The notes beneath the pieces were generated by a model. The model searched no databases. It was not told the origin of the DNA and saw only the letters and a list, made by a program, of their open reading frames with translations. A program made the position numbers and the translations under genes. Positions 1 through 9,230 of a DNA stretch of 44,332 nucleotides are shown here, piece after piece. This DNA comes from Candidatus Hadarchaeota archaeon (GTDB lineage Archaea > CAYQAE01 > CAYVLA01), in contig CAZUNO010000024.1 of the NCBI GenBank assembly GCA_964621445.1, positions 1 through 44,332 on the forward strand, in the 5' to 3' direction. How positions within the stretch are numbered: position 1 is the first letter of the stretch; each line of letters begins with the position of its first letter.

Positions 1-106
1 GCTCTCCCATCTCAAGGGCACCGGGAAACATGGGGGCATTAGGGGTGTCCTTTACCGGTTTCCCGCCCTCGATAGCCAACTTTTCACTGTGATTCAGAAT
101 AATCAC
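1..106 (-). CDS. 5' end of DegT/DnrJ/EryC1/StrS-family PLP-dependent aminotransferase (runs off window)
   Basis: Not in the ORF track. Minus strand reads (V)IILNHSEKLAIEGGKPVKDTPNAPMFPGALEMGE; KLAIEGGKPV is the typical N-terminus of this family. SD GGAGTGA at 109-103; start either GTG 106 or CTG 97. Confidence 0.7.
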   Translation of the reverse strand, partial: MIILNHSEKLAIEGGKPVKDTPNAPMFPGALEMGE

Positions 107-181
107 TCCAGACCTTGGGGTCAGGAAACATCTTCTTGCTTATAGATAACTTTCCTCTCATCCTGGCTGGTGAGAGCCCGA

Positions 182-922
182 TTAGAACGAGGGCTTTTCC
201 CCCACTATCCTCTCGTAGGCCTCGTCATAGGCTCTTTTTACATCTTCAGGGGATCCACCGTCTCTAAAGACCTGCTTGTCATATTCGACCAAATTGCCCT
301 TGGAGAATTCCTGGGAATCGAAGAGACGCATAGTATCGCATGTTATCTCGTCCCCCAGGAACAGATCACCGTTTTCCCTGCCGAATTCAAGCTTGAAGTC
401 GGCTAGAACCAGGTCTCTGTCCTGGAAGAAATCACTGAGAATCGCATTTACCTTGAGCGTTAATTCCCTCATTCTCTGCAACTCGTCTCGTGTTGCTAGA
501 TCCATCAATACTATGTGATCATCGTTTAGCCAGGGATCATGCAGTTCATCGTCCTTGAGGTAGAATTCTATTACCGGGTCTTCAAGTTGTTTTCCATTTT
601 CCAGCGGAAGACGTCTGGCCATGCTGCCAGTTGCAATATTCCTTAAAACCACTTCCACAGGTATGATGTCCAGCTTCTTTACCTTCATCAATCCGGGTTC
701 TATCAAAGAAATGAAGTGGGTGGGGACGCCCTTATCATCCACCTCCTTCATCAGGGTGGCGGTGATAACCGAGTTGTACTTACCCTTGGTTGCCATGAGG
801 TCGTGCTTCTTCCCGTCCAATGCGGTGAGATCGTCCTTGAATTTCATCAGAATTTCGCCGCTATCGGTCTCATAGAGTATCTTTGCCTTTCCTTCCTTCA
901 GCTGCTTATTTTTATCTTCCAC
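182..922 (-). CDS. purC: Phosphoribosylaminoimidazole-succinocarboxamide (SAICAR) synthase
   Basis: EGKAKILY, FKDDLTA.DG, IPVEVVLRNIATGS, LADFKLEFG, LGDEI..DT.RL.D, DKQVFR motifs. Confidence 0.97.
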   Translation of the reverse strand: MEDKNKQLKEGKAKILYETDSGEILMKFKDDLTALDGKKHDLMATKGKYNSVITATLMKEVDDKGVPTHFISLIEPGLMKVKKLDIIPVEVVLRNIATGSMARRLPLENGKQLEDPVIEFYLKDDELHDPWLNDDHIVLMDLATRDELQRMRELTLKVNAILSDFFQDRDLVLADFKLEFGRENGDLFLGDEITCDTMRLFDSQEFSKGNLVEYDKQVFRDGGSPEDVKRAYDEAYERIVGEKPSF

Positions 923-992
923 TAAAACACCTGCGGACGATCTTGGTTTTTTTTCTAAAAAAAGTTACCTTGTTTGGCCTCTCATTCCGTTT

Positions 993-1928
993 TTAGAAAC
1001 TAAGTATCCCCTGATTGATCTCAGAATCCAACCTAGTTAGGCCGGATTCCCTGGCTAGGGATAAGACATTCTCGTACTCCTCCCTGGTGATAGGGCGTGA
1101 GAGAGAGGGACATTCACCGGCCTTATAGCAAGGCCTATATTGATTCATTATGTTAACGTAGGTGTTCTTCGAAATCTCACGCGCTATGAATGAAGTGACC
1201 TCATCCGTGCCGGAAAGTCCTTCGGGAAGTACCAGGTGCCTGATTAGTAACCCCCGAACCGCTACCCCATCTACGATACTTAGCGATCCAACTTGTCTCT
1301 GCATCTCCTTGACCGCTTCTCTATTTCTTTCCACGTAATCTCCAACTCCCGAAAACTTACTGGCAACCTCGTTGAGGGAGTACTTCATATCCGGCATGTA
1401 GATGTCGAGGATTCCGTCCAAAATCTGGAGGCTCTTCAAGGAGTCATAACCGCCGGTATTATAGACCAGGGGTAGGTCAAGGCCCTTATCAACCGCTTCC
1501 GGCAGGGCCTCCAATATCTGGGGCATTACGTGGGTAGGGCTCACCAGATTGATGTTTTCACATCCCCTTTTTTTCAGGTGACCCATAATCAGAGCGATCC
1601 GATGAGGGTCGACCTCTTCGCCCTTTCCCAGATGGCTTATATCATAATTCTGGCAGTAGATACAGTTCAGATTGCAGTTAGCAAAGAAAATAGTGCCCGA
1701 ACCGCCGCTACCTACCAGTGGAGCTTCCTCGCCGAAGTGTGGATTGAAACTGCTGACTACTGCCTTGGACCCCGTGTCACAGGCGCCGGTCTGTTCGCCA
1801 AGCCTATCCACCTCGCATTCTCTAGGGCAGATCTTGCATGGGGAGAGCATGGATTTCGCTTTTTCTATGCGTTCCCGGAGTTCTTCCCGGGAAAGATGCA
1901 GGTAAGCAGGAGTGGGTTCCCGGCTCAT
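993..1928 (-). CDS. Radical SAM protein, PflX-like (PFL-activase related)
   Basis: CxxCPxxCxVDR N-terminal cluster, HFGEE, GSGTIFF, CNLNCIYCQNYDIS, NINLVSPTH, DIYMPDMKY, RHLVLP, QYRP. Confidence 0.9.
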   Translation of the reverse strand: MSREPTPAYLHLSREELRERIEKAKSMLSPCKICPRECEVDRLGEQTGACDTGSKAVVSSFNPHFGEEAPLVGSGGSGTIFFANCNLNCIYCQNYDISHLGKGEEVDPHRIALIMGHLKKRGCENINLVSPTHVMPQILEALPEAVDKGLDLPLVYNTGGYDSLKSLQILDGILDIYMPDMKYSLNEVASKFSGVGDYVERNREAVKEMQRQVGSLSIVDGVAVRGLLIRHLVLPEGLSGTDEVTSFIAREISKNTYVNIMNQYRPCYKAGECPSLSRPITREEYENVLSLARESGLTRLDSEINQGILSF

Positions 1929-2416
1929 CTAGTATTTTCTCCCTCTATCTCCCCAATAGTCTTGAGGAACTCCCCGACCTTATCCCGATAGCTATCCGTT
2001 TCAACCTCCTCGGCCAAAATGCTGAGGGTTTCTAGCAATTTGGAATTTGCCGTTAGTTTATCCATGTCCTCAAAGACATCTGTCGCATCGCCGCCTTTGC
2101 TTGTGACGAAAAAGGCAACCTGCTTGCCATCGAGTTCATTTTCAACCAGGAAGGTCCTGACTGCCGGGGCCATTTTGCCCGCATTTATGGGCGTGCCCAC
2201 AATGATCAACTCGTACCGTTGGGGATCATTTGAGAATTCTATTTGGGTCTTCTTTTCCCGTCTAGCCTCCATGCCCAGCTTGAGCCAACCGATGATGCCA
2301 CCGCGTTTTTTACTATCTTTGATGGGTTCTAAATCTGCCTGTGCCCGTGCTGCTATGTCCTGGCCAACCTTTTCGGTATTCCCGGTGCGAGAATAGTATG
2401 TGACAAGGGTTTTCAT
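1925..2416 (-). CDS. Flavodoxin-family protein
   Basis: YYSRTGNT FMN-phosphate loop, IIVGTP, K.VAFFVT; 4-bp overlap with the radical SAM gene. Confidence 0.85.
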   Translation of the reverse strand: MKTLVTYYSRTGNTEKVGQDIAARAQADLEPIKDSKKRGGIIGWLKLGMEARREKKTQIEFSNDPQRYELIIVGTPINAGKMAPAVRTFLVENELDGKQVAFFVTSKGGDATDVFEDMDKLTANSKLLETLSILAEEVETDSYRDKVGEFLKTIGEIEGENTR

Positions 2417-2489
2417 GATCGGCTAATAGAAGGTCTTAATGATTCATAAATGACAAGATTTATGTCCGCTATTCTGAAAATGCGACCTA

Positions 2490-4136
2490 GTGGATAGGGA
2501 TTTGCCAGTGGCGAAGGGTAGTGGGGCCAGAACGATAGTAATGGCCCTTTATATCATGATCCTTTTATTACTGGGGCCATGTTTGGCCAAGATGGAGATA
2601 GATGGTACTCCTCTACTTAACCTTTCGGTGGAAGCTTCAAACTCATCCTGGTACAGGTGGAATAAGAGGCTTGAAAAGAAGCCCTATGCACCTAATTACT
2701 TCGCGTGGGGTATGTCGTACGCTCTTAGAGCCTTCATCAGACTGTATGAACTGACCGGCGATGATATCTGGTTGGAAAGGGCCGTTTCATGGGCGGATTA
2801 TTATGTGGAATATTCGGATGTGAACGGCGATGGTGAGCCTGCTTGGGGGAATTACAACAGTACTTGGGGAATGGACAGATATGACTTCGTGGAGTTCACG
2901 GTCCACGACGGGAAGATATGCACTCCATTGCTTGAGGTGGCAAGGCTAATTCGACAGGATGGAGAGCTTTTTTCCGCTCCGGTTCTAAGCGGGAAAGCTG
3001 ATACCTACGTCTCATTGGTTAAGCAGGTGGTGGATAGGCATCACTCATTCTGGACGGATGTTTCGGATGATTCCGGATATTACTGGAATGACCCCGGAAA
3101 TGCGGAGATGATTATCATAAACCGATTCGCAGTTCTTGGGACGGCGGAGATCATGCTGGCTGATATTACCGGAAATTCTACCTACCTCGAAAAGCCTAGG
3201 AAGATGGCCAGGTTCATCAAGGATAATATGCGTTATATATCCGAATGCGACTGCTACCAGTGGCCCTACGGGTTGGGTGAATATAATAAAATAGAGGATA
3301 TCTCTCATGGCTCGTTGGACCTGGAGTTCATGATCCGGGCCTATGATCATGGTTTGCATTTCAACCTTACGGATATGGAGAGGCTGGTAAATACCTATCA
3401 GCGTAGAATATGGCAGGGGGTCAAGATGTTCGACACGGGGGTCGGCTTGGGACAAAAAGTAGATGGGTCTGTAGATCCGGGAAATGACTACACGAGATTG
3501 GCTAAGATTTGGCCTTTGTTATGCCGTTTTGAACCTAGGGTTCTCAAGCAGCATAGGGCGGCTATCGAGATATACGCCCGCGAAAATGGACTCCCAAAGG
3601 ACCGTGTTATGGCCTGGATCCTGGCCCAGATGTGTGTTCTGGAGGATGAGCTTGAGGACTCTGGAGTTCATCTTGATTCCATCCGGGCTTTTAGCGGGGA
3701 GGATGTGCTTCCAGAGCTGAAGGAGCTTGAGGCGGCTATCGAGGAGACGGAGGAAATGGGGATTAATATGTCCTCTTACCGGAATTTGCTATATGGACTG
3801 GACGCCAACATGAGTAAACTAATAGCGAAAAATATGACTAGCCTGACGAATACCATATGGAATACTACCCACCAGGTAAAGCGTGCTAAAGCGGAGTTTT
3901 TAATTGAGAAGTCACAACAGCTGATCATGGAGGCCAAGGAGCTGGGTATTGATACCAGTCGCCATGAGATCTACGTTGAGCGGGCTCGGAAATCCCTTGA
4001 TTCCGGGTTCTTTAACTCGGTGGAAAGTCTATGTCAGCACCCCTTGAGTCTAGAGGAGGAACTCGAATTTCCCTTGCTGGTCGTTTTCCTACTTTTCACA
4101 CTTACCTTTGGCATCCTAAAACTCCCGTGGAGATAG
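2490..4136 (+). CDS. Secreted (alpha/alpha)-barrel-like protein with helical C-domain and C-terminal membrane anchor
   Basis: Hydrophobic signal (IMILLLLGPCLA); repeated LYELTGDDIWLERA / LADITGNSTYLEKP six-hairpin-like helices; tail LEFPLLVVFLLFTLTFGILKLPWR. Start uncertain. Confidence 0.6.
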   Translation: MDRDLPVAKGSGARTIVMALYIMILLLLGPCLAKMEIDGTPLLNLSVEASNSSWYRWNKRLEKKPYAPNYFAWGMSYALRAFIRLYELTGDDIWLERAVSWADYYVEYSDVNGDGEPAWGNYNSTWGMDRYDFVEFTVHDGKICTPLLEVARLIRQDGELFSAPVLSGKADTYVSLVKQVVDRHHSFWTDVSDDSGYYWNDPGNAEMIIINRFAVLGTAEIMLADITGNSTYLEKPRKMARFIKDNMRYISECDCYQWPYGLGEYNKIEDISHGSLDLEFMIRAYDHGLHFNLTDMERLVNTYQRRIWQGVKMFDTGVGLGQKVDGSVDPGNDYTRLAKIWPLLCRFEPRVLKQHRAAIEIYARENGLPKDRVMAWILAQMCVLEDELEDSGVHLDSIRAFSGEDVLPELKELEAAIEETEEMGINMSSYRNLLYGLDANMSKLIAKNMTSLTNTIWNTTHQVKRAKAEFLIEKSQQLIMEAKELGIDTSRHEIYVERARKSLDSGFFNSVESLCQHPLSLEEELEFPLLVVFLLFTLTFGILKLPWR

Positions 4137-4139
4137 AAA

Positions 4140-4655
4140 ATGTCACTTGAAAAGGAAATCGTCACTGCGGTCATAATCATTTTGTCGAAAAATGAGAGCA
4201 TGAAGAGGAAGGGGCTGGAGATTTCCCCGGCCGTGGTTAAGAATCTAAATGACATGGAGAGAGCTCTGGATATACTGAGAAGCCTTTGTGAGGGCGATGA
4301 AGTCAATTATGCAGAAAAATGGTTTGAACGTATCAGAGATCTTCGAGGACAAGTAGAAGAGGTCATGGATCTATACAGGAAAAGCGCAGGTGAATATCCA
4401 GATGAAATTGAAAGGGATATGTTCAGGCTCTTGGATGGCAGGTTGCCGGATCCTGGATATCGCGAGGTGCTGAAGCAAGAGCTAAGCAAGGTAGAAATTG
4501 AGGATAGGGACGATACAGGGCTAATCTCTTCCCCGTCGGCATCTCGAGCTAGGGACTCCGAGATCTCAAGCCTGGAACAAAAACTTAGGATGATAAAGGC
4601 AGAGGTCGATTATTCTGGCCTTGAAAAGTTCTTGGCTGAAGAGGAGGAAGATTAG
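4140..4655 (+). CDS. Hypothetical acidic helical protein
   Basis: 171-aa ORF starting 3 bp after the upstream stop, natural composition, fills the space exactly; no recognised family. Confidence 0.7.
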   Translation: MSLEKEIVTAVIIILSKNESMKRKGLEISPAVVKNLNDMERALDILRSLCEGDEVNYAEKWFERIRDLRGQVEEVMDLYRKSAGEYPDEIERDMFRLLDGRLPDPGYREVLKQELSKVEIEDRDDTGLISSPSASRARDSEISSLEQKLRMIKAEVDYSGLEKFLAEEEED

Positions 4656-5515
4656 TCCACGCCCAGATCAAAGCTATAATGCGAACGGTTGGCGTAGTAG
4701 GGATGCGAAGAACCAATGAACACGTGGGTAGCCTCCATTAATGCTTCTGAGCCCTTTATGCTGGTGGAGGTGGTATCCAATAAATACCATCTATATTCAT
4801 TCCCCTTCACGTACCACGCCTTTTCCTTGGTGCCTGTAAGACCTAACCTGGTCTTCTTTATCCTGTTCACTATGATATCTCTTAGTTCCTCCTCACTCTT
4901 GGTAGTTCCCACCAGGATCCTGTAGTGAAATCCCCGCTCTTCCTCCTCGCTCTCAACGATATCTATCTTGAAATCAACCTTAGCTTCGTTGAATATGGAG
5001 GCCAGTAGTATAACGTGGGACAGATCATTTCCAGAGAACTTACTCATTATCTTCTCAACATCGGTGAAGTTGTTTGATTCCTTGTACTTGATATTATTGG
5101 TGACGAAGGCGGAAAGGGAATCTATTCTCTCCAAGTAAGGGTCATTCCCCCCATCGGTCTTCTTTTCCACCAGCTGCCGGACGGGCGATGAATTCAGATT
5201 GCTCCTGATTAACTCTCTTTGTTCCTGTTCCCAATCCTGAAGCGCGATGGAATCGTTCTCGAGATCGAGCTTTCTCAGGAGGGCACTGCTGTCATTCCCT
5301 ATCTCCACGAAATCGAGATCAACCGCCTCAATGAACCGGAACATCTGCTGGGGAAAAATGACGCTGAGGGCTACTAGAATTATGACCAATGCTACTAGGG
5401 CAAGGAATATCTTCTCCATTCTAGTGGTCTTTGTTTTCGGTTTGCCCTGGCAGACTGGACACCTGTCCAGATCTTCCGGGATCCATATACCGCATTCCGG
5501 ACAGTACTTGCGCAT
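4652..5515 (-). CDS. Zinc-ribbon + TM + degenerate transglutaminase-like domain protein
   Basis: CPECG..CPVC ribbon, TM IFLALVALVIILVALSVIF, then FVTNNIKY...GNDLSH..LLASIF...FHY...WYLLDTT pattern of the TGc fold. Confidence 0.65.
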   Translation of the reverse strand: MRKYCPECGIWIPEDLDRCPVCQGKPKTKTTRMEKIFLALVALVIILVALSVIFPQQMFRFIEAVDLDFVEIGNDSSALLRKLDLENDSIALQDWEQEQRELIRSNLNSSPVRQLVEKKTDGGNDPYLERIDSLSAFVTNNIKYKESNNFTDVEKIMSKFSGNDLSHVILLASIFNEAKVDFKIDIVESEEEERGFHYRILVGTTKSEEELRDIIVNRIKKTRLGLTGTKEKAWYVKGNEYRWYLLDTTSTSIKGSEALMEATHVFIGSSHPYYANRSHYSFDLGVD

Positions 5516-5538
5516 TGGTAATTTAAAGTGGTAAGCCG

Positions 5539-5557
5539 TCGATAAATCTTTTATCGA
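5539..5557. promoter_or_regulatory. Perfect 8-3-8 inverted repeat over the putative promoter of the 4652-5515 gene
   Basis: TCGATAAA-tct-TTTATCGA, 24-42 bp upstream of the ATG at 5515. Confidence 0.35.
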
Positions 5558-5777
5558 GACCTAGGATTTTTCAAATCTTCGTTATTCTTCTCTAAACCCA
5601 TCTTTTCCATAGGCTTTTGGCACAAGAATAGGGAAGAAGCATCGTTAATCCGGATTTTGGATCAAATAAAAACTTATGTCATGTAAGAGAAGTTTTACGT
5701 TACATCCCAAATTCTTGTGTGTCATAATAATTCCAATCGAAAGACATATATGTCCTGTGTTCACAATGCGGTGTTCA

Positions 5778-6626
5778 ATGCGTGTAAGGGACGTAATGAC
5801 ATCCGACCCAAAGTACGTTGAAATACCAAGTACCAGGCGAACGGCCCTGATACTCTTTCAGAAGCATAGAGTGAATGGTTTGCCCGTTCTCAAGGAGGGA
5901 ACCAGGAAACTCGTTGGCCTGGTCACCCTTAACGATCTAGCCAAAAACCCGGATGAAGAGCAGATAGCAATGCTTATGACCCGGGACGTTGTTACCGTTG
6001 GTCCCGATGATGATTTCGAGGAGGCCTGTAGGGTAATGATCGAGGAGGGCGTTCGTTACCTTCCGGTTGTCTTCGAGGAGATGCTAACGGGGATCATCAC
6101 CGTAAAGGATATCCTGGACAGGGCGGTCAGTGAAATGGACCTGGATATCCATGTCAAGGATATCTATTCCGAACAGGTAACAGCAATTTGGGAAGAAACC
6201 CCTTTGATGGCCGCCTATGTGATTATGGATGCATCCAAATCCCGAACCGTGCCCGTGGTTGATGACGAAGGAAAGGTCGTTGGCATCATCTCCGATGTCG
6301 ATATCCTCAGAGCATCCGAGATTAAGGAATCCACGGCCACTGACATGCTGACAACCGAAACCGAGGGAGACTTGTGGTCTCTCGAGGGGAAAAACCTTCT
6401 CTATGTAGTGAGCAAAAATTTGGTATTCCCCGAGGATAAGGTCGTTGGTGATCTTATGACCAAGGAAGTCGGCGTTGGGAGGAGAACGCCCATCAAGCGA
6501 TGCTCAAATGTAATGGTAACGGAGGATCTCAAGGAGGTCCCGGTAATGACCCCCGAGGGAGAGCTGGTGGGAGTGGTTCGCGATTTCGATATTCTATCGG
6601 CCGTGATCAATGAGGATCTGTCCTGA
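5778..6626 (+). CDS. Four-CBS-domain protein
   Basis: MRVRDVMT..., [41 protein letters not shown]...GELVGVV..DI. Start moved to ATG 5778; TATA-like CATATATG about 30 bp upstream. Confidence 0.92.
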   Translation: MRVRDVMTSDPKYVEIPSTRRTALILFQKHRVNGLPVLKEGTRKLVGLVTLNDLAKNPDEEQIAMLMTRDVVTVGPDDDFEEACRVMIEEGVRYLPVVFEEMLTGIITVKDILDRAVSEMDLDIHVKDIYSEQVTAIWEETPLMAAYVIMDASKSRTVPVVDDEGKVVGIISDVDILRASEIKESTATDMLTTETEGDLWSLEGKNLLYVVSKNLVFPEDKVVGDLMTKEVGVGRRTPIKRCSNVMVTEDLKEVPVMTPEGELVGVVRDFDILSAVINEDLS

Positions 6627-8118
6627 TATCCTGGAATTCAAGCACTCTATTTTGGAGCTTCCAAAGCAATACCGGGAGATCAGTAATTTTAACCCTTATC
6701 TGTTCGCTGGAATCCCTTTCCCTAATGGTTACCATTTGGTCATCCTTGGTATCATAGTCAACGGTTACTGCAAATGGACAGCCAACCTCGTCCACGCGGG
6801 CGTACCTCCTGCCAATGGAACCCGATTGATCGTAAACAACTCGGTGGCCATTTTTCCTGAGGGAATCCACTATATGGTGTGCGATTTTGGGTAAGCCATC
6901 CTTCTTTACCAATGGGAATACGGATACCAGGAATGGAGCTAGCTGGGGGTGGAGGGAGAGGTAAGCATAGCCGTGTTTGTCGTCCTCCCTGAGGGTGGCT
7001 TCCAAAAGGCAGAGAAGGGATCTATCCAGCCCCGCCGAGATCTCCCAGATGTGGGGGATGAATTTCCTTCCTTCCTGGTTCTTCCATCGGAGATCGGTTG
7101 AACTGCCCTCCTGGTGCCCCGAGAGATCATATTCCATACGGTAGTTGTTGGCTACCAGCTCGACCCATCCCATCTGATCCGAGTGGTACTCGAAGTCCCA
7201 GGTCTCCTTTGAGTAGAATGGCTTTTCATCCTCGCCCACCTCCCTGAAGCGAAGAGATTCATGGGGGAACCCCATAGATTCCCAAACGCGTTGAACCTCA
7301 GCCAGATAATATGCTATCAACTTTCCGCTGACCATTTCCCTGTCCAGGAGTTCATGAGGACCGATTTCCAGGGGTTTCTCCCGGGCTATGGTCTGGAACC
7401 GCATGTCAACGTCCTGGACCTCCCCGAAATTATCCACATCGTCGATGGCCTCGGGGTCGAAGAAGATTTCACATTCCATCTGTCCAAATTCTCGCTGCCT
7501 CAGGAGGTAATTCCTGGGGGATATTTCATTTCTGAACGCCTTGCCCGTCTGTGCGATTCCTAAAGGTAGTTTTGCCCTCATGGTCTTGGTCATTCTGAGG
7601 TAGTCGCAAAAAATTGACTGACAGGTTTCGGGTCTCAGGAAGCATTGTTGGTCCTGAAGAGGTCCCAGCTTCACACCCATCATTAGGTTGAATTCCTTGA
7701 CCTTTGAAAGTGGGCCCTTGCAGGAAGGACAAACTAGTCCGTTGGCCTCAATCTTCTGGTCCAATACCCCGGGGTCGGTCCCCTCCGGTATGTGTTCACC
7801 GGTGGCCTGGGAGATGATCTTATCTGCCCTGTGCATGGAATGGCACTTCTGGCATTGGGTCAAGGGATCGCTGAATCCCTTTAGGTGACCGGAGGACTCG
7901 AATACCGCTTGGGGCATTATCTGGGATCCCCTTATCTCCATCATCTCGTTTTTTTCAACGAGGTGACGCCTCCAGAACTGGGCCATGTTGTCTCTGATCG
8001 CGGTTCCATAAGGCCCAAATTCGAAGATTCCCGAGGGGGCTGATGAGTATATTTCGGATGCAGGGTAAAATAGGCTTCTCTTTAATGCAAGTTCTATGGC
8101 GCTTTCAAATTGTGAGAT
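6607..8118 (-). CDS. glyS: Glycine--tRNA ligase (homodimeric alpha2 type)
   Basis: SGHL.GF.DPL, FNLM, LRPETCQSIF, AQTGKAFRNEISPR..LLR.REF.QME, PHIWEIS.GLDR, GSIGRRYAR.DE.G.P. The conserved N-terminus (ELALKRSLFYPASEIY..PSGIFEFGPYG) extends 44 codons upstream of the tracked ATG to an ATC at 8118. Confidence 0.95.
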   Translation of the reverse strand: MSQFESAIELALKRSLFYPASEIYSSAPSGIFEFGPYGTAIRDNMAQFWRRHLVEKNEMMEIRGSQIMPQAVFESSGHLKGFSDPLTQCQKCHSMHRADKIISQATGEHIPEGTDPGVLDQKIEANGLVCPSCKGPLSKVKEFNLMMGVKLGPLQDQQCFLRPETCQSIFCDYLRMTKTMRAKLPLGIAQTGKAFRNEISPRNYLLRQREFGQMECEIFFDPEAIDDVDNFGEVQDVDMRFQTIAREKPLEIGPHELLDREMVSGKLIAYYLAEVQRVWESMGFPHESLRFREVGEDEKPFYSKETWDFEYHSDQMGWVELVANNYRMEYDLSGHQEGSSTDLRWKNQEGRKFIPHIWEISAGLDRSLLCLLEATLREDDKHGYAYLSLHPQLAPFLVSVFPLVKKDGLPKIAHHIVDSLRKNGHRVVYDQSGSIGRRYARVDEVGCPFAVTVDYDTKDDQMVTIRERDSSEQIRVKITDLPVLLWKLQNRVLEFQDIRTDPH

Positions 8119-8172
8119 TTTAACACTCCCTGTCGGTGGCCATTGGGCGGGTCAATTAAAATATCTCTGGCC

Positions 8173-8622
8173 CTATACATCCAGGAGTCTGAGGGCGACT
8201 ATGTGCTTGCACCCACCAAATTTCCTTCGGTATTTCCAGTCAGGGCAAGTGCATTGGTAGAATCTCCTCGAGAATCCTACCTCGCGGGTGCCCACCATGT
8301 AGGATCGATTTTCCTTCCGGATGGTTGATTGCAGTTCCATTGCCTGGATCAATCTCTTTTCGTTGGAGAGGGATCTCAGGCTTTTCAGGGCTTGGTCATC
8401 CTTTCCCTCGAAGAGCTCCGAAAGGTAGGTCAGAAAATAGTCATCGCAGGTGTTGCCTAATTCCAGACCTTCCATTGAGATATCATAGCCCATTTCCGCC
8501 GGTTGGAATTGGATTTTCCTTCCGCCAATAATGAGAAAATTTCCCTCTCTTTCGTATCCCCGATCTAGCTCCTCGATCAGTTCCAGGTAAAGCCCTTCCT
8601 TGGGGAAGCTATCCGTATCCAT
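8173..8622 (-). CDS. SWIM zinc-finger domain protein
   Basis: C-terminal CTCPDW...GGCKHIVAL (CxC...CxH). Confidence 0.8.
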   Translation of the reverse strand: MDTDSFPKEGLYLELIEELDRGYEREGNFLIIGGRKIQFQPAEMGYDISMEGLELGNTCDDYFLTYLSELFEGKDDQALKSLRSLSNEKRLIQAMELQSTIRKENRSYMVGTREVGFSRRFYQCTCPDWKYRRKFGGCKHIVALRLLDV

Positions 8623-8628
8623 TTCCGA

Positions 8629-9156
8629 TTATCCCTGGTCCTCTTCGCCTTCTTGGTATTCGCTAGTCTGGTGGATAATCAGGATCAGGGCGAGCACGAA
8701 AAGGGCGACGGCCATGAAACCGAGGTTAACGGGGTCTAATAGCTTCTCCTCCTCGTTCGCGGGTTCTGGTTGGGCGTGAATGGTGAACTCGGAGCTTCCG
8801 TGAGCAATCAGGTCCCCGCTATGTTCGAGGCTTTCCTCCATTCTCTCCACCACATAGTAGTTGAAGGAGTAGTTACCCGCTGCTAGTTGGAAGTACCCGA
8901 GGTCGGTCTTCCTTTCTACCTCGGGTAAAACCAAGGTGCCGGCCATGGCACCGGATATCTCTATCCTTAGGCTCCTGTTTATCAGGGATTCATTATAGGG
9001 GGAAATGGTAAGCATGAGGTTGGCTGCCCCTGGCCCGGTAAGGTTCTGATGTCCTGTAAGGTCGAAATCAAGACAAAACCCACCGTTGGCAAAGGCTAGG
9101 CCTGTCAGGAACACGAAGACCAGGGTTCGGTGGTGCCAACTCTTGTCCATTATCAA
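8629..9156 (-). CDS. Hypothetical single-pass surface protein
   Basis: N-terminal signal (LVFVFLTGLAFA), several N-x-S/T sequons, C-terminal TM LGFMAVALFVLALILII followed by an acidic tail. Confidence 0.7.
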   Translation of the reverse strand: MIMDKSWHHRTLVFVFLTGLAFANGGFCLDFDLTGHQNLTGPGAANLMLTISPYNESLINRSLRIEISGAMAGTLVLPEVERKTDLGYFQLAAGNYSFNYYVVERMEESLEHSGDLIAHGSSEFTIHAQPEPANEEEKLLDPVNLGFMAVALFVLALILIIHQTSEYQEGEEDQG

Positions 9157-9230
9157 CTCAGCAGTATCGCCGCAATAAAAGGCTTTTTGCGCTCGAGACG
9201 TCTGGTGAAAAAGTTTCCGTGCTTTTTGAT

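Noticed and set aside
947-963. T8-CT-A7 tract between the radical SAM gene and purC as a phase-variable element
   Set aside because: Intergenic and adequately explained as a T-tract terminator or AT-rich promoter.
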